DNA of 63,331 nt, filler included, from Stramenopiles sp. TOSAG23-2 (GCA_900128395.1; 57 parts of 57 records of this genome joined end to end with filler, not necessarily neighbours in it), one strand, 5' to 3'. Positions 35,728 through 48,947 are shown, numbered from the whole stretch's first letter. Program-made: numbers and translations. Notes: generated by a model from the letters alone, not told the origin.

Positions 35728-36387
35728 GACAAGTTCTCTGCAAAGCAACTCCCCGCCATTCAAATACGATAGTCTCCCAACTTTTTGCGCCTCATCTCGT
35801 ACTAGCATGCTTGTTTTTTCATCACATAATAAACGCCCAATTATTTTAGCGTTGATTGGAAATGGGTTTGTAGCATATCTTTCAGGATTCACAGCAACCA
35901 ACGCATGGCCTAATTTTAATAATTCTGATGTAGACTTTAATGATGAGCACGTCAATGATTCCGGAACTTGGGACTTTGTCACCAAATCGTTAAGTTGACT
36001 CAATACATATTTTCCGATCCAATTAATTAATGCTAAGCCTTCCCCATCTCCATCAGTTCCATATCCTTCTACTTCGTCCACCGTTGTCAATAATGTTTTA
36101 AATTTCGGTTTTGTTCTAAATAGGTAAATAATTTTTTCAAAATGTCTTAAAAATTCTCCTTGAGTATATTCAAAATCTTGCCCCATATATACATTGGATT
36201 CGTTGACTCTCATTAAAAAGGATATAGCTTCTTTTGTCGTATCAACCATTTCTTTCGCACCACCTTTAAGGGTTAATTTCGCATGTTGTTTCGCTACATT
36301 AAACCATAATTCATAAATCTTATTCCCAATTTCTGTACCATTATTTCTACCATCCTGCTTTAATTGTATTTCTTGTTCTTCAAACAT
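35728..36387 (-). CDS. Hypothetical protein, 5' part
   Basis: ATG-initiated ORF running into the contig end. Confidence 0.65.
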
Positions 36388-36839
36388 AATGACTGATGAT
36401 TGAAGTAGTCAATAAATGGACTCTTTGGTATAGGCTATTGTTGTTATTGTAGATAATTATGTTTTTTTATATTGACTGAATGATGAATTAAATTATGAAG
36501 TTTGGAACATGTCTTAGTTTCTATCAGAATAAATTATAGTATTCCGTATGTAATAACTGCTGCGTGCATATAGACGACTATAGAAGCTGATAATAATGTA
36601 CTGTAATAAATGATGAGCTGATGTGTGTTGTGATATTAATACTTATAGGCAAGTATAAATAATAGTTTTTAAATACGAATTATCATAGAGAGTATAGTGT
36701 AAATATGAGTTTATATAATTTATTGGAAAAGTCGAAAGGNNNNNNNNNNNNNNNNNNNNNNNNNNNNNNNNNNNNNNNNNNNNTTAATTAATTAANNNNN
36801 NNNNNNNNNNNNNNNNNNNNNNNNNNNNNNNNNNNNNNN

Positions 36840-37851
36840 AGAACCAAATGAAAGACCATTTGATTTCGCATCGCTTCCATCGCTATTACCGAATCCTCCT
36901 CCACTACCAAAACCACCCATGTCAACCGGTTTTGGTGCATTTGAACTACCAAATCCTCCAAAGCCACCACCACCTCCATTATTATTACTGCTAACAGCAC
37001 CAAAACCACTACCACCACCTGAGCTTTTACCGAATCCTCCACTACCAAAACCACCCATGTCAACTGGTTTTGGTGCATTTGAACTACCAAATCCTGCACT
37101 AGAACCAAATGAAAGACCATTTGATTTCGCATCGCTTCCATCGCTATTACCGAATCCTCCTCCACTACCAAAACCACCCATGTCAACCGGTTTTGGTGCA
37201 TTTGAACTACCAAATCCCCCACTACTTGTATTAGCAGTTGCCAAATATTTTTTTTGCATCTTCTCAAGCAATTCATGCCCTTTTCCTTTATATTTTCCAT
37301 TCAAAAGTATATCAATATTGCCAAGCTTTGCCGGATTATACTGTTTAATTATTTTTGTTATTTCCTCTTTGTAATCCACCATCTTTGTTTTTGTCTCTAA
37401 TTCAGTCTTGCTTTTATCATCACTGCCAAAACGTACTGAAGCTGGTCTTTCTTCAGTTGGCAATGCATCACTACCAAACATGGGTAATGACGTATCTTTC
37501 TTTGATTCAATGTTTGAAGTACTACCACCACCAAATAAACTGGTTTCTTTTGCATCATCGACTTTTTTAGGGCTTGTTTTTTCTCCAAATCCACCAAAAC
37601 CACCACTAGTCTTATCTTTTTTGGTATCGCTTTTATTATTATCACTGCCGACAACACCTCCTCCAAACCCAAACGTAGATGATGTCGTACCTTTCTTTGA
37701 TTCAATGTTTGAAGTACTACTACCACCACCAAATAAACTGGTTTCTTTTGCATCCTCGACTTTTTTAGGGCTTGTTTTCTCCCCAAATCCACCAAAACCT
37801 CCAAAATCAAACGTGGATGATTCGGACGTATCTTTCTTCGATGCATCTTTT
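36840..37851 (-). CDS. FG-repeat (nucleoporin-like) protein with an embedded YNPxKL helical module, fragment
   Basis: Many GGFG/SLFG/FGS repeats with duplicated DNA blocks, around YKEEITKIIKQYNPAKLGNIDILL..KYKG..ELL.KMQKKY. Confidence 0.7.
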
Positions 37852-38386
37852 NNNNNNNNNNNNNNNNNNNNNNNNNNNNNNNNNNNNNNNNNNNNTTAAT
37901 TAATTAANNNNNNNNNNNNNNNNNNNNNNNNNNNNNNNNNNNNNNNNNNNNCAATTGTATATAAATACTCTTCATACTATTATATACACATTTACAAAAA
38001 CATATACTGTACAATACAATACATGCATTAATGAAATTAATAATGTAGTAAAAATACATCATTTCCTTGTCATAAAAAAGCTGGATGATAGAATTAGGCT
38101 AGGGTTTAATTTAAGTACTAATATAGTAGTATACTAATATATATATATTTGGTTGAGAGGTACTGGAAATTGCCAAAAATCCAAAAATAGCCAATAAGAG
38201 CCATGACATCATTGAGATGGCCAGGTGATGATGGGTTTCCAACAATGAATTTGTAATACTGATTGAATTTCCTTGTTTTATTCCAAATTCTGTTATTTTG
38301 TAAATAATATAGTCTTTCAATTTATATTGAATGCCATAGTTTATTCTATCTAGAGATTATTATATAAAATACCATCTCCACACTTT

Positions 38387-38964
38387 TTAAAGATCTTTAC
38401 CCTTCTCGTCTGCTGACACAGGCAACGATGCTAACAACATTTGTGGTAAAGCCATCTCGCCATGATGCCCGTATGTACTATTTGTTGTAGCTTTAACATA
38501 CAAGGGGATTCCTGACACAAGTGGTGGTTTTTCGAAACCTTCGTAATCGCCCCAAAGACATATACGTTGANNNNNCATTATTGTTACCTTCTCCATGATA
38601 TGGTGTTTCTTTGCAAATTAATTCACCTGTTTTATTGTTCCAAATTTCCAAACTAAGACATGTTGGAGCATGACAATGATAATGTGCTGCAACAAAGTGA
38701 AGGTCAGTACCACCCGGGAGGATAGTTCCTTCAATTTCATGAATACAATCTTTTGTTGGTGTACCTGGTTTGCATTGTGGCACATCATACTCACCAGTAT
38801 CACCACCAATACTCCATGTAATATCTTTTGTCAATATATGTTCTTTTAATTCTTGAAAATATAAACGAAATTTCATATAATATTCCAAAGGCTGATCTTG
38901 CCATGGTATTTCTTGATCTGCATCTAATAAATGCCATCCATGATGACAAGTTGATAAACCACCN
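38387..38964 (-). CDS. SURNod19/copper-monooxygenase-like His-rich protein, 3' part (internal N gap)
   Basis: GEYDVPQC, FVAAHYHCHAPTC, TGELIC...P, CLWG...G..KPP, NSTYGHHGEMA. Confidence 0.65.
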
Positions 38965-39063
38965 NNNNNNNNNNNNNNNNNNNNNNNNNNNNNNNNNNNN
39001 NNNNNNNTTAATTAATTAANNNNNNNNNNNNNNNNNNNNNNNNNNNNNNNNNNNNNNNNNNNN

Positions 39064-40075
39064 TGATATTAAATTGTAAAGATCTTTACGCAATAGATCT
39101 TTATTTTTCGCTAAAAATCCAGTCGCATCGTAACTTACTGGGCCAGCATAATGTTTAATCGAAAAACTAGATTTACCTTTTAATGAATGTGACACATCAA
39201 TGTAATTTGGATTTTTTTTATGTATTCGATCAATTTTACCAACAAATCGTTGATCATTATGTCCTGGCGTTTTAATTTCATCATCAGCTATTAACAAAAT
39301 TCCAGGCGGCCTGCGACCTTCCAATAAATCAATAATTGGTTTGTTATCAATGTAACTTACATGTTCAAAATCTACGCCTTCACTTTTATAAAATGCCTCT
39401 TCTTCATTGAATGTATGGTTATTAAACAAACGTTGTAATTTTTCATTCGTAAAATTAATACATAATTGTTCAAATAAATTTTTTTCGAAAACTTCAAATC
39501 CAAATATATCAAGTATACCTATGAAGCTACCACTACCACCTTGCAAGGCAAGGTTGATACGATTTACCAGCCAATCAAATAAATTGCCATAAATAGCTTT
39601 TGCCAATGCGCCTGCTCCTTGCTTAGCATCCAATGGCCTCATTGGTAGTATCATATGTTCATTATTGATAACTACTTCTCTTGTCAATAACGATGCTTTT
39701 AACTTGTCAGCTGATACACCTAATGTTTTTGCCGTTAACTCTAATGCTTTTTCACTTTTAATTACGCTACCTTGATCACCATCACTTGCAAAAATAATAT
39801 TACCTATATGCAATACAACAGCAACTAATGAATAGACCCAATGAATTTGTTCCTTTGTCATGCCTATTTGCTCCAATGCATTGTAACAATCTTCATGTTC
39901 AAATGCATCATCAATCCCAAGCACTTCCGTACAACCAGACTGCGCTGCATAATAAAAGCAATCCGCACCATCTTCCAATCCAAAATCTTTTGCCAAATCA
40001 CTTGCCAATAATTGGTAGAAAACATGGTAATTTCTTTCCCCTTCTTGTTGAAATGGTACACGGGATTTTTCCAAT
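39064..40075 (-). CDS. Myosin motor domain, internal fragment
   Basis: LEKSRV..Q..GERNYHVFYQL, IGILDIFGFE, FEQLCINFTNEKLQ, F.IKHYAG.V.Y..GFL.KNKD. Confidence 0.97.
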
Positions 40076-40350
40076 NNNNNNNNNNNNNNNNNNNNNNNNN
40101 NNNNNNNNNNNNNNNNNNNTTAATTAATTAANNNNNNNNNNNNNNNNNNNNNNNNNNNNNNNNNNNNNNNNNNNNACAATTAATAATGCCGGTGCGATTA
40201 AACCAACTAATCATATTATTCTCCTCCTAGATTCTTTTTTTCCCTCTAATTAATTCAGCTAAAAAAAGTAAAATCCAAGAATCCCCAAGAAGAATTTTAT
40301 ACAAATAGTTTCGACTAATACAGATACATCTCTTCCATTATTCAACAATA

Positions 40351-41186
40351 TTAAAAATTAAATTGTGCAGCTGTTTTGTTTACAACAATTTCATTAATTG
40401 CATCTCGAAATATTTCATATTCTTCGAAATGATTATAGGCAGCAACGCTTATGCGCATCCATAATCTACCATTTGCTGGGAAAGAAAATTGTGTCATAAT
40501 TTGATTATATGTACCAATAGACATCGTTTGTAATTCTTTTCGTAATATTGCAGCATCTTTCAATGTACTTCCTAATGCTTCTGGTAAACCAACCATAACC
40601 ATGCAACCAATCATATCATGCGGTATACCAACACTTGTTTCCCATGCTTTTGATAACATATCACTAACTTTAATAGCTAAATCACGATTACGCTTTGCAA
40701 TTTGATCACCTCCAATTTTTAAATAAAATTGTATTGCATCGGGAATAGAAAGCATTGCACTATAATCTCGTGTTCCCATCATTCTAGATTCACCTGCAAG
40801 GCCACCTACTAGACCATCTCTAGTTCTTTCATTGTCTGCAAATCCATAATTATGTGATATTATTGGATGGTGTAATTCACCATGCCTATCACTATGTTGA
40901 AATAAAAATGCAGCTGCTGTTGGTGCAAATGACCATTTATGTAAATTTGAAGCATAGAAATCACATCCTAGCTTTTGTACTTCCAAATTAGGTATGTATC
41001 CTGGTGAATGCGCGCCATCACAATAAATGGTATTAAATCCTCCCTTTTTACAAATATCAGCAATTTTTCTGACTGGTAATATCATACATGGATTCGATAT
41101 AATATGATCTAAATATACTAAACGTAATGAAGAAACATTAGGATATTTTTCATTTAATTCTTGCATTTTTTTTTCATAAACATTTT
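40351..41186 (-). CDS. Class V PLP enzyme (L-cysteine desulfhydrase/Egt2/isopenicillin epimerase family), 3' part
   Basis: DHIISNP..ILPV, DGAH, DFYASNLHKW, GTRDYSA, RIS...YN. Confidence 0.9.
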
Positions 41187-41487
41187 NNNNNNNNNNNNNN
41201 NNNNNNNNNNNNNNNNNNNNNNNNNNNNNNTTAATTAATTAANNNNNNNNNNNNNNNNNNNNNNNNNNNNNNNNNNNNNNNNNNNNAGAACTAGAACATC
41301 GAAATATACACCAGAACAGCGAAGTGAACGCCGTAGAAAAAGAAATATATTAAAAAAAGAAATATACGACAGGCAACAAAGTAGACAACTTGCTTTTTTC
41401 GTTGCTTGTGTGCTATTATATATATTATATCGTGTTATGAGAATATTGTACAAGTGGTTTTAATTGTAGATCATAAAATATAAACAG

Positions 41488-42296
41488 ATGGATTTTTTTG
41501 TAAAAGCAAAGAAAAAAACACCAATTCCAAAAAAAGATAATAATAATATAACATCAACAAATGAACACACCAATGACGATGATAATAATAATACCACCAA
41601 CACCACCACCACAACAACAACGACGACGAACAAACCCACCTTTAAAGCAGTAAGATACGATGCAGATTGGGGAAAATTTGAAAAACATACCAAAGGATTT
41701 GGCTCTAAATATTTAGAAAAATTCAATTTCAAAGGTAGATTAGGTAAAAATGAACAAGGAATAACAAAACCAATTATGGTATTAACACGTAAACAAGGTG
41801 CTGGATTAGGTTCAGTACGTGAAGCAACTAATTTAAAAGAAAATAGGGAAATTGCGGAAGATATTTTTGGTAAGAAACCTGATGGGGATACAGATGATTC
41901 TTCTTCATCATCTGAGGAAGATGAGGATAATATTCCATTATGGCAACGTGGTTATGGTGAAAATGGATCTGCTGGATATGCTAGTTTAAATAATAATAAT
42001 AATAAATCGAAAAAACGAAGAAACCGAAAACGCAAATCATCAATCGATGGTATCATGCCATTTCAAAGTAATAAAAAACAAACAACGACAACTATTATAG
42101 ATATGCGTCATGGTATTGTTAGTCAATCGAACAACTTGGCATTGAATAAAACAAAACGTGGTGTTGGTATTGAATTATTTTACAATGTAAATATGTTAGT
42201 TGAACAAATTGATAGTGAAATCCATAATTCAAAACGTGAAAAACGTATAAAAGAATTGAAAATTCAATCATTACGAAAATCAAAAAATGAATTAAC
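41488..42296 (+). CDS. TFIP11: Tuftelin-interacting protein 11 / Ntr1 G-patch spliceosome disassembly factor, 5' part
   Basis: WGKFEKHTKGFGSKYLEK..F.GRLGKNEQGI..PI...R..G.GLG, IIDMR, EL.YNV.MLV. Confidence 0.85.
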
Positions 42297-42396
42297 NNNN
42301 NNNNNNNNNNNNNNNNNNNNNNNNNNNNNNNNNNNNNNNNTTAATTAATTAANNNNNNNNNNNNNNNNNNNNNNNNNNNNNNNNNNNNNNNNNNNN

Positions 42397-43406
42397 ATAT
42401 TATGTACAACTTGTATACAACGTTCTAACCTACGATGGTATTCATTCATAACAACTGCATGGAATACAGATCGATTTTGTGGATACATAGAATATTTCTT
42501 AGTCGTTTTAAGTATATTATTATTATTATTATTATTATTATTGGCGGTAGTATTAACAATAGTAGTATTGGTGGTGGTGATTGAAGCTGTATTATTTCTT
42601 TTCTTTTTCTTCTTCTTTATTTTCTTTTTCTTATTGTGATTTCCAGTTGATTCTTGTTGTTGAATATTGTTATTATTATTCATATTAACCACATCAGCAT
42701 AAAAACAATTTATACAATCAAACATGGAATTAACAACATTTTCTACAGTTTTGTACTCATTTATTTTAACAATCATCGTGTTATTATTATTATCCTTGTT
42801 GTTGTTATTGTTTACATGATTTATGGAAGTATTATTGTGATTTCCAGTTGATTCTTGTTGTTGAATATTGTTATTATTATTCATATTAACCACATCAGCA
42901 TAAAAACAATTTATACAATCAAACATGGAATTAACAACATTTTCTACAGTTTTGTACTCATTTATTTTAACAATCATCGTGTTATTATTATTATCCTTGT
43001 TGTTGTTATTGTTTACATGATTTATGGAAGTATTGTATTTTCTTTCATATTGCATTGCAAATTGATTTGTAATATCAATCCCATGAATTCTTGGGTGGGA
43101 CATATTCATATGTTGATTATCAAATTGCATTTGATCCTTCTTAGTATTACTATTTTTACGACCTGTAGAAGAACCACCATTGCTAACTCGTCCATCATTC
43201 ATTGTATTTGATGTTGTTAATGTATTTGCACCACTTTGACCAGTAATTTGCGGCATATTACTATTTTTATCATTTTTGTTCTGTCCTTTTGATGTAGGAG
43301 TTGGTGGTGAAATAGTTCCTAAAGGTGTTTTACAAAGCAACCGATGTAACACACCAAGTGCTGCACTATGGTATTCAATCCTTGAATTATCGACATCCAC
43401 AAAAGG
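42397..43406 (-). CDS. Asn-rich hypothetical protein fragment with an in-frame 201-bp duplication
   Basis: ORF spans the contig; a 67-aa block is repeated exactly. Confidence 0.65.
42631..43032. repeat. Exact 201-bp tandem duplication
   Basis: 42631-42831 is repeated at 42832-43032. Confidence 0.9.
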
Positions 43407-43506
43407 NNNNNNNNNNNNNNNNNNNNNNNNNNNNNNNNNNNNNNNNNNNNTTAATTAATTAANNNNNNNNNNNNNNNNNNNNNNNNNNNNNNNNNNNNNN
43501 NNNNNN

Positions 43507-44414
43507 ATTCCTATTTTTTGGCCCAATTTCCATAATTGATCTGCCATTGGTCCAGCATCCATATCGCCAGTTAACGTGCCATCCTTATCCAGCCATTCAT
43601 AAATATATAATTCTAATTCCTCCGTCACTGATTGTAATATATTATTTGGACATGTTTCCATAATTTTTTTAAAATTTGGATCGCTTGTAACTAATAGTTG
43701 ACGCGCTTTTAATATACCAAATTCACCTATGTTTGCTTTTATTGCATTGAATTCGCCAGGATTAAGATGAAGTAGGTCGTTCTCCGAAACTAATGTACCA
43801 GTTGGAGCAGTACCTATGACAGCCCCTGGACCTTCTATTAATTTTAAAATATATTCACGTCCACGTTTTCTTAGTAGTTCTTCTTTTTTGCTTTTATTTA
43901 GTTTTATTGTAATCGTATGTGCATTACGACTATCTGCAGCTATAAATTTTTTATGGTCATCATGTTTAAAAAGAATCACGTCAAAATCGTTAAATGTTAA
44001 TTTTAATGGATTTAATGTTTTCCGCACTGATACAATTTTTTGTTTGTTTTCCTCCCATTCGGGTTTGTACCATAGTTTAATATTTCCAAAGCTTTTCGCT
44101 TCATTCCCTATTTCAATCACTATGTGATAACTAATATTCTTTTTTGATTCTTTGTCTGGTTTCATGTCAGACCAATTCACAAAAAAATTAAATTTTGATT
44201 TGTTTATTTCTGTGCTCCGTCGTTTTAGTTTTATTACATCACTATCCGTTGCAGACACAGAATAATTATTATAAGCAGGATCTTTATTTTGTGGTGATAG
44301 TTGAAATTTAAATTTGTCAGTACCAGTTACTTGTGGATATATCTTTATAATTGTACAAGTTTCCTCCTCCTCCTCCTCATTGTTGTTGTTGTTGTTATTA
44401 TTATCAATATCCAT
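43507..44414 (-). CDS. Hypothetical protein, 5' part
   Basis: ATG at 44414 after a TA-rich leader; open to the contig end. Confidence 0.65.
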
Positions 44415-44448
44415 TTTATTATTATAATGCCTGATAATGTATATTACT

Positions 44449-44480
<32 letters not shown>

Positions 44481-45001
44481 TCTCGACGATGGTACAATAC
44501 AATTATACACGCTGTNNNNNNNNNNNNNNNNNNNNNNNNNNNNNNNNNNNNNNNNNNNNTTAATTAATTAANNNNNNNNNNNNNNNNNNNNNNNNNNNNN
44601 NNNNNNNNNNNNNNNGATTATAAATACAGAAAAAGGGCGTGTGTGCTTTTTTAGCAAAATTAACATGTGTTATTATATTTTTTTTACAAAAAAAAGAGAG
44701 AGAGAGGAGAGTGTGAAAAATGTATTTTATATACCATTTAAAATCTATTGTACACATTTTTTATATTTTTTACTAAATCATCCGCCAGAGTGTTTTTTCA
44801 TCTTTTTTAAAAGATCAAAATTGAAAGGAAGACAAAAAAAAAATATCGAGAGGGTACATATTTAAAATGTATGATGAAAAAATATAGTATGATAAATGGA
44901 TAAACCTTATCTATTATGTGACATATATTTTTAGAACACATATATATAAACGATACACTAATCTAGATATATATTCGGGGGGAAATATGACATATCAAAG
45001 C

Positions 45002-45388
45002 TTATTTTGGTACATCATATCCACCTAACTCCTCTTTTAAATTATTAAATGGCATTTCACGTGTAACTGTGCGCTTGCGTCCTGGTGCATCCCAAAAGTA
45101 AACAAGTCCCATAAGAACTGCAAAAAAACCTAAACCACTTCCAAACCATTGAGCACCTTCACTACGAGAATAGTTTGGTACGTCAAAATCAATACAAGTT
45201 TCTGGTGCAACACCATCATCCCAAATAAGCTCATGTTCTTCCGTCAATGGACGAGTAGGTTTACTAAGGCGTGCAAATGGTGCTGGTCTTGGGACATGTC
45301 CACCACCACGGGTTGGTAAATTCTTACGTGCTGCTGCTAATGCAGAACGACGATAAACAGATGATAATACAAATGCTCGGTTTGCCAT
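45002..45388 (-). CDS. NDUFB8: Complex I accessory subunit NDUFB8/ASHI-like
   Basis: Arg-rich presequence, HELIWDDGVAPE..IDF, single TM, R.MPF.NL..ELG. Confidence 0.7.
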   Translation of the reverse strand: MANRAFVLSSVYRRSALAAARKNLPTRGGGHVPRPAPFARLSKPTRPLTEEHELIWDDGVAPETCIDFDVPNYSRSEGAQWFGSGLGFFAVLMGLVYFWDAPGRKRTVTREMPFNNLKEELGGYDVPK

Positions 45389-45404
45389 ATTATTTATTTT
45401 GATT

Positions 45405-45437
<33 letters not shown>

Positions 45438-46244
45438 ATAAACAATAGACTACAATTACAGGTATATGTATTTTATGTATAAATATATCTATATCTAGCA
45501 CACAAGTTCCTGAACACTAAGACGACGATTGATTTATATATTTTAGTCTTTGATATCTGATATGTATAATTATCTTTCAATAACATAATATTTATTTTAA
45601 CGATCTTCATTCATTTTTCCTGTNNNNNNNNNNNNNNNNNNNNNNNNNNNNNNNNNNNNNNNNNNNNTTAATTAATTAANNNNNNNNNNNNNNNNNNNNN
45701 NNNNNNNNNNNNNNNNNNNNNNNTCCTTGAATCCGTTGTAATTGTTCTGATAAGGAGGACATTATGTGTGTGTTTTTTTGTAGGTAATTATTGCTTTTTT
45801 TTGTTGTTGGTATAATAAATATTTATATATATATTGTAATATTTGTTTGTGTTTGTATAATATACGTTGATGGTATATATCTATATCTGTCTGTCTCTAT
45901 CTGAATGTCTCTGTGTGAATGTCCTCTGCTATATCTTCACATACACACATACATATATATATATATATATTGTATTGGATATATGCGGCTCGATCAATGG
46001 CCTTGGTTGGCCAGAATTTATTGAGGAAGATGATTGTAAATAATATAGGAGGTACATAGCATTGTATAGGCTGGGTACAGCAGGGGGAACATTGTTGATA
46101 GGAGGTAGCGACAGCATTATATAGGCTGATAGTATTGTTATAGCTAATGTGTACATGTTAATGTATTGTATCATAAAATCATAATGATTTGTATACGAAT
46201 ATATATCCTTAAAACACAGACACATGAATTAAGAATGAAGTAGT

Positions 46245-46343
46245 CTGAGGCTGGAAAAGTGGAATCGTATTTTTTATACTTGTTAATATACTAATTAGTA
46301 GACAAATAATACCTAAAATACGATTCCACTTTTCCAGCCTCAG
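46245..46343. mobile_element. Short MITE-like element with perfect 29-bp terminal inverted repeats
   Basis: CTGAGGCTGGAAAAGTGGAATCGTATTTT at 46245-46273 and its exact reverse complement at 46315-46343. Confidence 0.7.
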
Positions 46344-46831
46344 TCTGTAATACATACTATAGTACATCCTCGTAAATGTCGGCGATCCTTAATCTGAAAT
46401 CCTTAATTGCCACAGCCCATCCTTATAGCCGCCAGGAGTAGATAAATAGATCTAAGGAAAAGAATGACCTCTTCTCTGCTGGAACTACTTCAAATATCTT
46501 TTCTTTTGCACAATATATAAATACATACAGTACTGTATTTTATAATAACATCAACATCCATGCGAATTAAGAATATATAAGAGGAAAGGTAAATATATAT
46601 ATGCAGTAAGAATAGAATATATATATATACAAAACAAACAGAAAATAATAACAACAATAAATTACAATATTGAAAAAAAACGATGTACAAACAAAAACGT
46701 TTGGAATTATCGAAAAAATATAAAATGACACNNNNNNNNNNNNNNNNNNNNNNNNNNNNNNNNNNNNNNNNNNNNTTAATTAATTAANNNNNNNNNNNNN
46801 NNNNNNNNNNNNNNNNNNNNNNNNNNNNNNN

Positions 46832-47734
46832 AAAGAAACCAAAAAACAAAAAATCGAAGATACCAACAATGTTGAAAACCTAGTACATGTAAAAAATCTA
46901 ACTTTCAATTATTTCGATAAAAAGGTATTATTTGATATTAACTTAGACCTACAACCTGGTCAGCGTTGTTTAGTTGTTGGTTCAAATGGTGCTGGAAAAA
47001 GTACCTTGCTGCGAGTTCTTGCCGGAAGACATATGCCTCCACATAATTGCGAATTTTCTGTACTTGGCTCTCGTGCACCACAAGATCAAATTGGTGGGTT
47101 AGCTTTCCTTGGTAATAATTGGTCTCGTACTGTTGCATTTGCAGCTAGTAATGTTGCATATCAGTGTGATATTCCTGTCAGAGACATGATGTCGAAATTG
47201 CAAAGAGATTACCCTGAACGACGTGATATGTTGGTCAAATTACTTGGAGTTGATTTAGACTGGCGTATGCATCAAGTATCGGATGGGCAAAGACGCCGTG
47301 TTCAAATTATGCTTGGTTTAATCAAACCATTCCGTGTGCTTTTGATGGATGAAATTACAGTTGATTTAGACCTTGTTGCTAGGCAAGATTTGTTAAACTT
47401 TTTAGTCAGTGAATGCGAAACTCGTGGTGCATGCATATTATATGCAACCCACATTTTTGATGGCTTAGACGACTGGACTACCCACGTGATGTATTTAAAA
47501 GCTGGAAGAACACAAGGTGTGAAACCACTATCAAATTTTGAAGATTGGAGCCAACGCAAAACTCGTGGGGAACATAACCCGTTACTTCGATCAGTTGAAA
47601 AAAGAATGAGAGCAGAACGTACAGAGGAGAACCATTTTGAACCTGCTGAATTGAAAGCTAAACAGACTGCAAGTTCTAAATTTGGACCACAAGGTGGATT
47701 TGCATCTGGTCGTTTCCATAATTATTGGGGTTAA
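46832..47734 (+). CDS. CAF16: Soluble ABC ATPase, CAF16/ABCI20-like, 5'-truncated
   Basis: GSNGAGKSTLL, DLDWRMHQVSDGQRRRVQI, LLMDEITVDLD, YATHIFDGL..W.TH. Confidence 0.9.
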   Translation, partial: KETKKQKIEDTNNVENLVHVKNLTFNYFDKKVLFDINLDLQPGQRCLVVGSNGAGKSTLLRVLAGRHMPPHNCEFSVLGSRAPQDQIGGLAFLGNNWSRTVAFAASNVAYQCDIPVRDMMSKLQRDYPERRDMLVKLLGVDLDWRMHQVSDGQRRRVQIMLGLIKPFRVLLMDEITVDLDLVARQDLLNFLVSECETRGACILYATHIFDGLDDWTTHVMYLKAGRTQGVKPLSNFEDWSQRKTRGEHNPLLRSVEKRMRAERTEENHFEPAELKAKQTASSKFGPQGGFASGRFHNYWG

Positions 47735-47940
47735 AACATATATCATTGGTATATATATGTAATATATATACACATAGAGAGGAGAGAGAGAGAAAACGGT
47801 AAAAAGTGTTAATTTTTCTTTCAATGAAAGTAAGATTAGNNNNNNNNNNNNNNNNNNNNNNNNNNNNNNNNNNNNNNNNNNNNTTAATTAATTAANNNNN
47901 NNNNNNNNNNNNNNNNNNNNNNNNNNNNNNNNNNNNNNNT

Positions 47941-48947
47941 TGGCATCTTGGCCGTAAAAAGTGGGATCATGTTTTCGAGGAAAACAATAAGGCAGCGGCA
48001 ACCAGGGAAATAAAAATGGGTACATGGAACAATGGTGTGTATACAAGTGCAGATGGGACACGAACATTTCGTGGAGATGAGGCTAAAAAGAATGCTGAAT
48101 ACGATCGATTACGAAGCTCGGGAAGGATGGAAGAGGCGGAAGCATATGGTAAGCAGGTGCACAATGATATGTGGGAAGAAAAATTAAAGCGCAATAATGA
48201 AGAGGCAAGAAACCGCCCCTCTGTGCGCCAAGTTGGAACAACAAACCCGGATGGTAGTTATACAACAGCAGACGGAACACGAACATTTCAAGGAAAACAC
48301 GCCGCAGCGAATAGAAAATACGATGAGTTACTAAACCAAGGAAAACAAAAAGAAGCAGAAGATTATGGTAAAAAAGTCCATGATGTAATTGCAAAATGTA
48401 AATCAACACGGGATACATTGCTTATTGAAATGGATACGCAAAGGAAGGAAAACTGTCCAAGTGGTATGTGCTACAATAATGGTTTAGGAGAATGTTGTCC
48501 GTTGGATGAAATGTTAGCTGCCGAAAAAGAAACAGACGGTTCGCCGAAAAAATACGGTCACCCATGCTCCGGTGGTATCGATGGTATATGCGTTGATACA
48601 AACTTAGCAAATCCATGTTTAGATGGTAAATTAATGAAAGGTAAATGCCCAGATGACCCAGTGCATGTGCGTTGTTGCGCAAAACAAACAGACGGTTCGC
48701 CGAAAAAATACGGTCACCCATGCTCCGGTGGTATCGATGGTATATGCGTTGATACAAACTTAGCAAATCCATGTTTAGATGGTAAATTAATTAAAGATCA
48801 ATGCCCAGATGACCCAGCGCATGTGCGTTGTTGCGCAAAACAAACAGACGGTTCGCCGAAAAAATACGGTCACCCATGCTCCGGTGGTATCGATGGTATA
48901 TGCGTTGATACAAACTTAGCAAATCCATGTTTAGATGGTAAATTTTG
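47941..48947 (+). CDS. Modular protein: two N-terminal ADGTRTF repeats plus 156-bp tandem six-Cys modules, fragment
   Basis: 52-aa units starting at 48531, 48687 and 48843 with C-x7-C-x8-C-x9-CP-x7-CC. Confidence 0.8.
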
